Positions 28,904-37,010 of a stretch of DNA of 64,000 bases are shown piece after piece. This DNA comes from a bacterium. GTDB taxonomy: Bacteria > UBP6 > UBA1177. The position numbers were made by a program, and so were the translations under genes. Positions within the stretch are counted from its first letter, which is position 1. Each line of letters begins with the position of its first letter. Under the pieces are notes generated by a model that saw only the letters and a list, made by a program, of their open reading frames with translations, was not told the DNA's origin and searched no databases. Where the stretch lies: contig JAFQZM010000020.1 of the NCBI GenBank assembly GCA_017405875.1, forward strand, positions 9,422-73,421, in the 5' to 3' direction.

Positions 28904-30187
28904 TCAACAAAAACACCTGTGTATGATCTCAATAATCTTGGTCTGCTCCTCAGTCGTCATCTTGTTGTCGCTCGGCAGACACAAGCCTCTCTCGAAGATA
29001 TCCATACCGACATCAACTGCAGATCCTTCGATATAAGCATTGGTCATTGCTCTGCCGTTGCCGTTTCTTGTAATGAACGGATTCATTCTGTAGATGGGCT
29101 GCATGTGCATCGGTTTCCAGATAGGTCTTCCTTCCGCATTAATGGAAGCGATTGCTTCAAGAATCTCTGTGGGGCATGTCTTGCCCGCTTCTTTCACATA
29201 GCAGACATCTCTTTCGCCTCTGACCTGTTTGCACATAGCGTCTTCATCAATAATAATGCAGCTGAGCCAGAAATTAGGAACAGACTTTTTCTCATCATAC
29301 GGATTCATCTTTACCGGAAGATCCTTCAACCCTTCTTTGTATCTTTCGTAGATCGCTCTCTTTTGATCGATATGCTCTTGCAGATGAGGGAGCTGGCCGC
29401 GTACGACTCCTGCGATCACATTGCTCATGCGATAATTATATCCGAGCTCTTCATGCTGATACCATGCAGCATTCTCTCTCGCCTGGGTCGACCACTTGCG
29501 GACCTTGTTTGCCGCTTCCTCGCTGTCGGTAAGGAGCATGCCTCCGGCAGAACCGGTGATTATTTTGTTTCCGTTGAAACTGATGCAGTTGTATTTTCCG
29601 AATGTACCGGTCTGGATACCGTTATACGTCGCTCCAAGCGATTCGGCCGCGTCTTCAATAATGATAGCGCCATGTTTGTCACAGACCGCTTTAAGTTCAT
29701 CGATCTTGCCGGGAGTCCCGTACAGATGTGCCATAACTACAAGCCTTACTTCAGGATATATCTCAAACGCTTTTTCCAGAGCAACAGGATCCATGTTCCA
29801 TGTATCTCTTTCAGTATCGATAAATACCGGGATTCCTCCCTCATAGACGATCGGGTTTACTGTCGCATCAAAAGTCATATCACTCGCAAAAACTTTTCTG
29901 CCTTCAAGAGATCCGTGCCCCGTAGCAGGCTGACCGTAAAGATTGAGCCCTGCAAGTTTCATAGCCAGATGAAGCGCAGCAGTGCCGGCAGAAAGCGCCA
30001 CAGCATACTTGCAGCCGATATTCTCGCATATTATCCGCTCGACTTCATTTATGTTCTTGCCGACTGTGGACATCCAGTTGGTCTCGTAGGCCTCTTTAAC
30101 ATATTCAAGTTCTTCTCCGTGCATTGTCGGTGAAGAAAGCCAGACCTTGTTTTTGAATGGCTCCGGACGATTGTTTCTGTCAAACAC
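28904..30187 (-). CDS. DegT/DnrJ/EryC1/StrS-family PLP-dependent sugar aminotransferase (PglE/WbpE-like)
   Basis: Aminotransferase fold with family blocks (ALSAGTAALHLAM, ISFNGNKIITGSAGGMLL). Confidence 0.85.
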   Translation of the reverse strand: MFDRNNRPEPFKNKVWLSSPTMHGEELEYVKEAYETNWMSTVGKNINEVERIICENIGCKYAVALSAGTAALHLAMKLAGLNLYGQPATGHGSLEGRKVFASDMTFDATVNPIVYEGGIPVFIDTERDTWNMDPVALEKAFEIYPEVRLVVMAHLYGTPGKIDELKAVCDKHGAIIIEDAAESLGATYNGIQTGTFGKYNCISFNGNKIITGSAGGMLLTDSEEAANKVRKWSTQARENAAWYQHEELGYNYRMSNVIAGVVRGQLPHLQEHIDQKRAIYERYKEGLKDLPVKMNPYDEKKSVPNFWLSCIIIDEDAMCKQVRGERDVCYVKEAGKTCPTEILEAIASINAEGRPIWKPMHMQPIYRMNPFITRNGNGRAMTNAYIEGSAVDVGMDIFERGLCLPSDNKMTTEEQTKIIEIIHRCFC

Positions 30188-30220
30188 TATCTTTCTCCCT
30201 ATTTTAAAGTTTCAAATCTC

Positions 30221-32230
30221 TCATTCACCACTCACCTGCGGGTGATATGTACTTACCATTTCAGCCACAAGCTGCCTTATACCGGCATTGTTCGCGTATG
30301 CTTCATCCATCAGTTCATTCAGATCATCGAGAAATTTATCAGTATCGAATTTGATCGGGCATCCGATATGTATCTTTTCATTTTCAGTCTTTTTTGTTCC
30401 TTCTTCCGCCAGAAGCTTCTCTTCATAAAGTTTTTCGCCGGGACGAAGACCGGTGTAGTCGATCTTAATGTCGATATCGGGCTTGTAGCCTGACAAGCGG
30501 ATGAGGTTTCTTGCAAGAGTGTCGATTTTAACTGGAGAGCCCATATCGAGCACGAAAATCTCTCCCCCTTTTGCGTAAGTGCCAGCCAGCACGACAAGAC
30601 TTACAGCCTCAGGTATAGTCATGAAATAGCGGATGATGTCAGGATGAGTCACCGTGACGGGACCTCCCTTTTCGATCTGCTTTTTAAAGATCGGTATCAC
30701 CGAGCCGTTGCTTCCGAGCACATTTCCGAAACGCACCGCAACGAATTCAGTCCTGATATTGCGGAAGAATTCTGCATTTCGCGAAACATCGAGTTTTTCT
30801 TTACCGCTTTCTGTCTTTGTATAGTGGGTGAAAAGCTGCGGGATCTGAGCCGCCTCTCCAGCCTTTATCTTAGAATCGAAACTCTGGATTATCATTTCGC
30901 ACAGACGCTTGCTGGCACCCATGATGTTGGTCGGGTTTACAGCTTTGTCGGTGGAGATCAGCACAAAGCGTTTGCAGCCGTGGATCATAGCGGCATAAGC
31001 TGTTTTATAAGTGCCGATCGCATTGTTCTTGATTGCCTCGCATGGGCTGTCTTCCATGAGAGGAACATGCTTGTGCGCCGCAGCATGATATACTACATCA
31101 GGCTTGTAATCCTCAAACACCTGGAACATTTTTCTGGAGTCCCTGACAGAACCGATGAGCGTCACAAGATCAAGATCTGGATATTTTTCACGAAGCTCCA
31201 GTTGAATGTCATAGGCGTTATTTTCATAAATATCAAAAATTATCAGCGTTTTCGGGTTATGAAGCGCGATCTGTCTGCAAAGTTCAGAACCGATCGAACC
31301 GCCGCCGCCGGTAACAAGAACTGTTTTGCCGCTGATAAAATCAAAGACATCGTCTGTCTGCACTTTTATGGGTTCCCGCCCGAGCAGATCCTCGATCGAC
31401 ACTTTTCTCAGATTGGATACAGTAACATCACCGCTGACAAGCTGATACATTCCCGGAAGGTTCTTAAGCTCGCAACCGGTTTCCTGGCATATTGCAAGGA
31501 TATCCCTTCTTTGAGCAACTGTGGCTGAAGGCATAGCAATATAGATCTTTTTGACGCCGTATTTGACCACACTCGACATGATCATTTCCCTGCCGCCGAC
31601 AACGGGAATTCCCTCAATATAGCGACCCCATTTGTTGTCGTTGTCGTCTATGATGCAGACTATTTTGTCTTTGAGTCCGCTGCTGCTTTTGATGTCACGA
31701 ATGATCATCTGACCGGCGCTGCCGGCACCGATGAGCATAACATTGGTTCTTTCTGATGCCCGCCTTTCAAAACGGGGATCTATCCTGATGAAGTTGTAAA
31801 CTCTGTAGAGAAAACGTATTCCCAATGTAAAAATGAACTGAATAACAGGACCGATGATATAGTATGATATCGGCATCCTTTTTACGAATACCGTTATCGC
31901 AGCAATATGAAATACCGTTGTGACAGCAGTCGCGACAACCATCCTCAGCATTTCGCTGTAGCTTGCAAAACGCCAGATGACCTTGTAAAGCCTGAGCGAA
32001 TAAAAAACGATGACGCAGACGAATGCATAAAACGGCGCGAATACCTGCCAACTCATCAAAAAATCTTTATGAATGGAATTGAAACTACAGTCGAAACGAA
32101 GCCATAAAGCAAGGAAATACGCAAGCGACACCGCCACGACGTCATAGGCGACAAGCATCAGAGATATAACTATCCAGTGCTTCATCCCCAGCAATCTTCT
32201 TATCGGATTTATTTTCTGCAACAAACTCAT
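30221..32230 (-). CDS. membrane-anchored UDP-GlcNAc 4,6-dehydratase (PglF/CapD/WbpM family)
   Basis: Four N-terminal TM helices, then two Rossmann domains (TVLVTGGGGSIGSELCRQI) and a catalytic YxxxK region. Confidence 0.85.
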   Translation of the reverse strand: MSLLQKINPIRRLLGMKHWIVISLMLVAYDVVAVSLAYFLALWLRFDCSFNSIHKDFLMSWQVFAPFYAFVCVIVFYSLRLYKVIWRFASYSEMLRMVVATAVTTVFHIAAITVFVKRMPISYYIIGPVIQFIFTLGIRFLYRVYNFIRIDPRFERRASERTNVMLIGAGSAGQMIIRDIKSSSGLKDKIVCIIDDNDNKWGRYIEGIPVVGGREMIMSSVVKYGVKKIYIAMPSATVAQRRDILAICQETGCELKNLPGMYQLVSGDVTVSNLRKVSIEDLLGREPIKVQTDDVFDFISGKTVLVTGGGGSIGSELCRQIALHNPKTLIIFDIYENNAYDIQLELREKYPDLDLVTLIGSVRDSRKMFQVFEDYKPDVVYHAAAHKHVPLMEDSPCEAIKNNAIGTYKTAYAAMIHGCKRFVLISTDKAVNPTNIMGASKRLCEMIIQSFDSKIKAGEAAQIPQLFTHYTKTESGKEKLDVSRNAEFFRNIRTEFVAVRFGNVLGSNGSVIPIFKKQIEKGGPVTVTHPDIIRYFMTIPEAVSLVVLAGTYAKGGEIFVLDMGSPVKIDTLARNLIRLSGYKPDIDIKIDYTGLRPGEKLYEEKLLAEEGTKKTENEKIHIGCPIKFDTDKFLDDLNELMDEAYANNAGIRQLVAEMVSTYHPQVSGE

Positions 32231-32234
32231 TTAC

Positions 32235-33401
32235 CTATCCCTTTCTCCAAACCATTCTGTTGACTATGCCGGTATAGCTCTGGATGATCTTGACGACTTT
32301 GTCGGAGACGTTTTCATCGGTGTAGTCGGGAACTGGAACTGCGCCGCCGTTAGTCTCGTTTTTCACCATTTCTACTGCGGTATCAACTGCCTGCAGAAGC
32401 CCGAGAGTATCAATGCCTGAGAGGATGAAACACGCTTTGTCGAGCGCTTCTGGGCGTTCTGTTGAAGTTCTGATGCAGACTGCAGGGAAGGGACGACCGA
32501 CTGACGTGAAGAAGCTGCTTTCTTCCGGCAAGGTTCCTGAATCTGAGACAACGCAGAAAGCGTTCATCTGCAGACAGTTGTAGTCGTGGAAACCGAGCGG
32601 AGCGTGCTGAATGACTCGCGGATCAAGCTTAAACCCGCTTGCCTCCAGCCTTTTGCGGCTTCTCGGATGGCAGCTGTAAAGAATCGGCATATCGTATTTT
32701 TCAGCCATCGCGTTTATCGCGCTAAATAAGCTCGTAAAATTCTTTTCGGTATCGATATTCTCCTCTCTGTGAGCGGAGAGCAGGATATATTTCCCTTTTT
32801 TGAGTCCCAGTTTTTCGTGAATGTCTGAAGCTTCGATCTTTTTAAGATTTGAGTGAAGGACTTCAGCCATCGGAGAACCTGTGACATATGTGCGTTCCTT
32901 CGGCAGACCGCAGTCGGCAAGGTATCTTCTCGCGTGCTCTGAATAAGCCATGTTCACGTCTGAAATGATGTCGACGATGCGGCGGTTGGTCTCCTCTGGA
33001 AGACATTCGTCCTTGCAGCGGTTGCCGGCTTCCATGTGAAAGATCGGGATGTGGAGCCGTTTTGCGCCGATGACGGAAAGACAGCTGTTGGTGTCTCCAA
33101 GCACAAGGACTGCATCAGGCATGAGTTCAGTCATAAGCTCGTAGCTTTTTGCGATGATGTTCCCCATCGTCTGCCCTAAATTTTCACCTACTGCATCCAT
33201 GTAAACTTCGGGATCTTCAAGTTCAAGGTCGTGAAAAAAGACACCGTTCAAGTTGTAATCGTAGTTCTGTCCGGTGTGAGCCAGGATCGTATCGAAATAC
33301 TTTCTGCACTTTTTGATTACCGCGGCAAGGCGGATGATCTCAGGCCTAGTGCCTACGATTATCAGAAGTTTCAGTTTTCCGTTTTCTTTCCAGTTTGCCA
33401 T
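32235..33401 (-). CDS. fnlC: UDP-N-acetylglucosamine 2-epimerase, FnlC/Cap5G type
   Basis: Epimerase_2 fold (LLIIVGTRPEIIRLAAVI). It is the third gene of a CapE/CapF/CapG-like triad. Confidence 0.75.
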   Translation of the reverse strand: MANWKENGKLKLLIIVGTRPEIIRLAAVIKKCRKYFDTILAHTGQNYDYNLNGVFFHDLELEDPEVYMDAVGENLGQTMGNIIAKSYELMTELMPDAVLVLGDTNSCLSVIGAKRLHIPIFHMEAGNRCKDECLPEETNRRIVDIISDVNMAYSEHARRYLADCGLPKERTYVTGSPMAEVLHSNLKKIEASDIHEKLGLKKGKYILLSAHREENIDTEKNFTSLFSAINAMAEKYDMPILYSCHPRSRKRLEASGFKLDPRVIQHAPLGFHDYNCLQMNAFCVVSDSGTLPEESSFFTSVGRPFPAVCIRTSTERPEALDKACFILSGIDTLGLLQAVDTAVEMVKNETNGGAVPVPDYTDENVSDKVVKIIQSYTGIVNRMVWRKG

Positions 33402-33410
33402 TCTTATCTC

Positions 33411-34652
33411 CTATTTCACGACTTTTTCAAAAAAAGTATCGGGATGAGCAGGGTCAAAAGTCTCGTTCGCCCACATCAGCGTGACTAAATTCTCGGTTTT
33501 AGAAAGATTTATGATGTTGTGAGTGTAACCCGGAAGCATGTGGACTGCCTGAATCTTTTCTCCGCTCACTTCGAATTCGATCACTTCGTCGGTTCCGATT
33601 CTGCGTTCCTGAATGAGACCGTGACCGCTCACTACGATGAAAAATTCCCACTTCGTGTTGTGCCAGTGTTCCCCTTTCGTGATGCCGGGTCTGCTGATGT
33701 TGACAGAAAACTGTCCGTGGTCGAAAGTCTTCATTATTTCAGTAAAACTTCCTCTGTCATCGCAGTTCATCTTTAGATCAAACGCAACTTTTTCTTTCGG
33801 AAGATAGCTTAGATACATCGAATAGAGCTTTTTCTCGAAACTGTTTGGAGCAATTTCAGGCATAACAAGCGTTTGCGGCTGATCGTGGAACTTGTTCAGG
33901 CACTCAACGATATAGCCCAGAGTTGCTTTGTGAGTAACCGGCGCACCGCAGTATCTGCCAAATTCATTCCAGATCGGAGTAAGCCCGTCGAATTCAACAC
34001 CGTCAACAACTTCTCCCGCTGCCGGATAGTCGCATCTGTGCGGATGACCTTCCATCGCGTCAAGCATTTCATCGATCAGATCATCGATAAAAAGCATCTC
34101 AAGCACGACATTGGGATCATTCACCGTTATCGGAAGATCGTTTGCGATATTGTTGCAGAAAGTTCCGACCGCGCTGTTATAGTTTGGTCTCACCCACTTT
34201 CCGACGAGGTTCGGGAAGCGGTAAACAAAAACTTTTGCACCTGTTTCTTTGGCGTAATCGAAAAAAAGTTCTTCGCCCGCTTTCTTGCTGAGACCGTATT
34301 CCGAAGTGCCGAAACGCCCTGCAAGAGTCGCCTGAAGCGAGCTTGAAAGCATGACGGGAGCAAGGTTACCGTGCTTTTTGAGCGTATCTAACAAAGTCGA
34401 AGCGAATCCGAAATTTCCCTCTCTAAATTCTGCGGGGTCTTTCGGCCTGTTTACACCTGCCAGATTGAAGACAAAATCTGCTTTTTGACACCACTGATCA
34501 AGCTCTGATGCGGTATTCCCGAGGTCGTATTCAAAAATTTCACCTATTGAAAGAGCCGGTCTCGTTCTGTTTTTGCCGTCGCGTATATTTTTGAGATTTT
34601 CGACTAAATTGCGGCCTACGAAACCCGCCGCACCGGTAACAAGCACATTCAT
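33411..34652 (-). CDS. fnlB: bifunctional reductase/epimerase, FnlB/CapF type (N-terminal SDR plus C-terminal cupin)
   Basis: N-terminal VLVTGAAGFVGRNL Rossmann motif. The C-terminal cupin (GEHWHNTKWEFFIVVSGHGLI) matches the unusual CapF architecture. Confidence 0.75.
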   Translation of the reverse strand: MNVLVTGAAGFVGRNLVENLKNIRDGKNRTRPALSIGEIFEYDLGNTASELDQWCQKADFVFNLAGVNRPKDPAEFREGNFGFASTLLDTLKKHGNLAPVMLSSSLQATLAGRFGTSEYGLSKKAGEELFFDYAKETGAKVFVYRFPNLVGKWVRPNYNSAVGTFCNNIANDLPITVNDPNVVLEMLFIDDLIDEMLDAMEGHPHRCDYPAAGEVVDGVEFDGLTPIWNEFGRYCGAPVTHKATLGYIVECLNKFHDQPQTLVMPEIAPNSFEKKLYSMYLSYLPKEKVAFDLKMNCDDRGSFTEIMKTFDHGQFSVNISRPGITKGEHWHNTKWEFFIVVSGHGLIQERRIGTDEVIEFEVSGEKIQAVHMLPGYTHNIINLSKTENLVTLMWANETFDPAHPDTFFEKVVK

Positions 34653-34662
34653 TGAAGCCTCT

Positions 34663-35709
34663 TTAGTTGTGGCGTATCCCCTGAAGTTCCTCTTTTACAT
34701 AGTCGGTGGTCTTTATCTTTTCGACAGTTCCTTCGACATCAAGCCTCGTCGTGTTGTGGCTCGTGTAAGCCTCGTCTGCCATCGTGTGAACTTCACCTTT
34801 GACGAAGAATTTGTCGTAGTTGAGATCCCTGTTGTCGGCTGCGACGCGGAAGTATTTGCCCATGTCTTCCGAGCGGAGCCTTTCCTCTTTTGTCATAAGG
34901 GTTTCGTAAAGTTTTTCGCCGTGTCTTGTTCCGATGATGTTCGTGCCGGTGTCACCGAAAAGTTTCTGCACAGCCTTCGCCAGGTCGCCTATTGTCGAAG
35001 CATCGGCTTTCTGAATGAAAAGATCGCCCGGATTAGCGTGCTCGAAAGCGAATCTGACAAGCTCGACCGCTTCATCAAGATTCATAAGGAAGCGCGTCAT
35101 GTTCGGGTCGGTAATCGTTATCGGATTTCCTGCATGGATCTGGTCGATGAAAAGAGGAATTACCGAGCCGCGCGAACACATTACGTTGCCGTACCTCGTG
35201 CAGCAGATGACTGTTCCGCCGCGTTCCGCCGCAACTCTCGCATTTGCATAGATGACGTGTTCCATCATCGCCTTGCTGATTCCCATAGCGTTTATCGGAT
35301 AAGCCGCCTTGTCTGTGCTGAGGCAGACGACTCTTTTGACACCCGCGTTTATCGCGGCATGAAGCATGTTGTCGGTTCCTTCGACATTGGTTTTTACCGC
35401 CTGCATCGGAAAAAATTCGCAGGAAGGAACCTGTTTCAGCGCAGCTGCGTGGAAAATATAGTCAACACCCGGCATCGCGTCCGCTATCGATTGCGGATCT
35501 CTGACATCTCCGACATAAAATTGAACTTTTTTCGCATGTTCGGGATACTTTGCCTGCAATTCGTGGCGCATATCATCCTGTTTTTTCTCGTCGCGCGAAA
35601 AAATGCGGATCTGTGCAATATCCGAAGTGAGAAAATGTTTGAGAACAGTATTTCCGAAAGAACCGGTGCCGCCCGTTATCATCAAGGTAGCTCCGCTGAA
35701 TGCGCTCAT
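34663..35709 (-). CDS. fnlA: UDP-N-acetylglucosamine 4,6-dehydratase (inverting), FnlA/CapE type
   Basis: LMITGGTGSFGNTVLKHFL and conserved SDR catalytic blocks. The start was set at MSAFSG with GGAGG 6 nt upstream; the track ORF starts 10 codons earlier. Confidence 0.85.
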   Translation of the reverse strand: MSAFSGATLMITGGTGSFGNTVLKHFLTSDIAQIRIFSRDEKKQDDMRHELQAKYPEHAKKVQFYVGDVRDPQSIADAMPGVDYIFHAAALKQVPSCEFFPMQAVKTNVEGTDNMLHAAINAGVKRVVCLSTDKAAYPINAMGISKAMMEHVIYANARVAAERGGTVICCTRYGNVMCSRGSVIPLFIDQIHAGNPITITDPNMTRFLMNLDEAVELVRFAFEHANPGDLFIQKADASTIGDLAKAVQKLFGDTGTNIIGTRHGEKLYETLMTKEERLRSEDMGKYFRVAADNRDLNYDKFFVKGEVHTMADEAYTSHNTTRLDVEGTVEKIKTTDYVKEELQGIRHN

Positions 35710-35733
35710 GCAAAAACCTCCATAAGTTTTACC

Positions 35734-35758
35734 AAACAAAAAAACGGGGCATTATATA
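35734..35758 (-). promoter_or_regulatory. promoter of the polysaccharide locus: TATAAT-GCCCCG-TTTTTTTG (minus-strand sense)
   Basis: Reverse complement of 35734-35758 is TATAATGCCCCGTTTTTTTGTTTG, 42 nt upstream of the fnlA ATG. It belongs to a motif family seen at nine or more sites in this window. Confidence 0.5.
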
Positions 35759-35893
35759 CAATTTTTTTAAAATATCGAGATAAAATAGATGTTTCGGCAA
35801 ACATCGGCATGATGGGAACGTTTAAAAATGGACATTCTTACAAAAACAACTACCATTTGCGGAATTTAAGTTCTCTTTCTTTTGAGGTTTACT

Positions 35894-36424
35894 ATGAAAA
35901 AGGTCCTGATTCTTGTTTCCATTATTTTAGTTCTGCTCGTTTCGTGCGAAGACAATTCGTTAAAACCGGAAACTGCCGAAGCGCTGATCAAGGAGCGTCT
36001 TGCAAAAATGCCTGGCAGAAGCGTTTCGTTTTATCTGGGTGCGATGACCGATCCGAGCTACAAACCTGTTTACAAGGCGATTGCTACGGGAAAATATCTT
36101 ACTTTTCAGGATGATGTCTATGTTGAAGCTGCCGGCAAGAAAATGCCGATGTTCGAAGCGACTGAAGAGGGTAAAAAAATTTTCAAGTGCGAGAAGAACC
36201 GCTGCACAGTCGAAGTCTGCTCGACAGTTTTCGACCATTTCAACGGTATCGTGAACACCGGAAAGTATGCGAATGCCGAATATCAGGTCAAAACCGTCTG
36301 CGAGGGCGAACTTTACGAGATTTTCAAGCCGCTCGCCGACAAACAGTATATAAAACCGGAAACCACCGTTGAAAAAGCGGAGTTCGAGTTTTCAAAAGAA
36401 AATAAAAAATGGTTGTTGAAGTAG
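35894..36424 (+). CDS. hypothetical lipoprotein
   Basis: Signal peptide plus lipobox LLVSCEDN. RBS GAGG. Confidence 0.5.
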   Translation: MKKVLILVSIILVLLVSCEDNSLKPETAEALIKERLAKMPGRSVSFYLGAMTDPSYKPVYKAIATGKYLTFQDDVYVEAAGKKMPMFEATEEGKKIFKCEKNRCTVEVCSTVFDHFNGIVNTGKYANAEYQVKTVCEGELYEIFKPLADKQYIKPETTVEKAEFEFSKENKKWLLK

Positions 36425-36433
36425 GAGGAAAAA

Positions 36434-36928
36434 ATGACTGAATGTTACTGCGGAAGCGGAAAAAATTACGAAGAGTGCTGCGAACCGATAATCAAGGGCA
36501 AAAAAATTGCTGAAACGGCTGAAGAGCTGATGCGTGCAAGGTACTCGGCTTTTGCGGCTCACGAAATAGATTTCATCATGGATACCGTTGTTCCCGATCA
36601 GACCGGCAACATGTCACGCGAAGCGGTCGAAAGATGGTCAAAAAAGACCGACTGGAAAAAGCTCGAAATCACAGGAACCGAAGCGGGCGGCAAGGACGAC
36701 GAGACCGGCAGCGTCGATTTCAAGGCGTTCTCAATGCTTGACGGCATTATGCAGTGCCACCACGAGCACGCAATGTTCAAAAAAATCGACGGAAAATGGT
36801 TTTTCGAAGACGGAACGCAGATCATGCCTGAACAGGTAAGACGCGAAACTCCGAAAGTAGGCCGCAACGATCCGTGCCCCTGCGGAAGCGGCAAAAAATA
36901 TAAAAAATGCTGCGGCAAGAATGCTTAA
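36434..36928 (+). CDS. ychJ: YchJ-family protein (UPF0225) with SEC-C metal-binding motifs
   Basis: N-terminal [13 protein letters not shown] and C-terminal [18 protein letters not shown] motifs flank an NTF2-like core. RBS AGGAGG. Confidence 0.8.
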   Translation: MTECYCGSGKNYEECCEPIIKGKKIAETAEELMRARYSAFAAHEIDFIMDTVVPDQTGNMSREAVERWSKKTDWKKLEITGTEAGGKDDETGSVDFKAFSMLDGIMQCHHEHAMFKKIDGKWFFEDGTQIMPEQVRRETPKVGRNDPCPCGSGKKYKKCCGKNA

Positions 36929-36972
36929 CAGACCGATATTACTTAATAAAAAATCCCAGCCTGAATTTTGCT

Positions 36973-36995
36973 CAAATATTGCGTTTTTTTGTTTT
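36973..36995 (+). promoter_or_regulatory. promoter motif AAATATT-GCG-TTTTTTTG-TTTT upstream of the S8 protease gene
   Basis: Same -10 / GC-rich / T-tract architecture, 38 nt upstream of the ATG at 37011. Confidence 0.4.
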
Positions 36996-37010
36996 AAGCC
37001 TGGAGGAATC

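Noticed and set aside
28883-30133. 416-aa plus-strand ORF
   Set aside because: It is exactly antisense to the well-supported DegT-family aminotransferase gene and has low-complexity, Arg/Ser-rich composition. This is a shadow ORF.
30644-31528. 294-aa plus-strand ORF; also 7769..8242, 8127..8660 and 52676..53296
   Set aside because: All are antisense to strongly supported genes (pglF-like, wecB/wecC and trkA) and lack start context.
34573-36114. 513-aa plus-strand ORF
   Set aside because: It is antisense to the fnlA/fnlB coding sequence and runs through the intergenic promoter. It has no RBS and looks like a shadow ORF.
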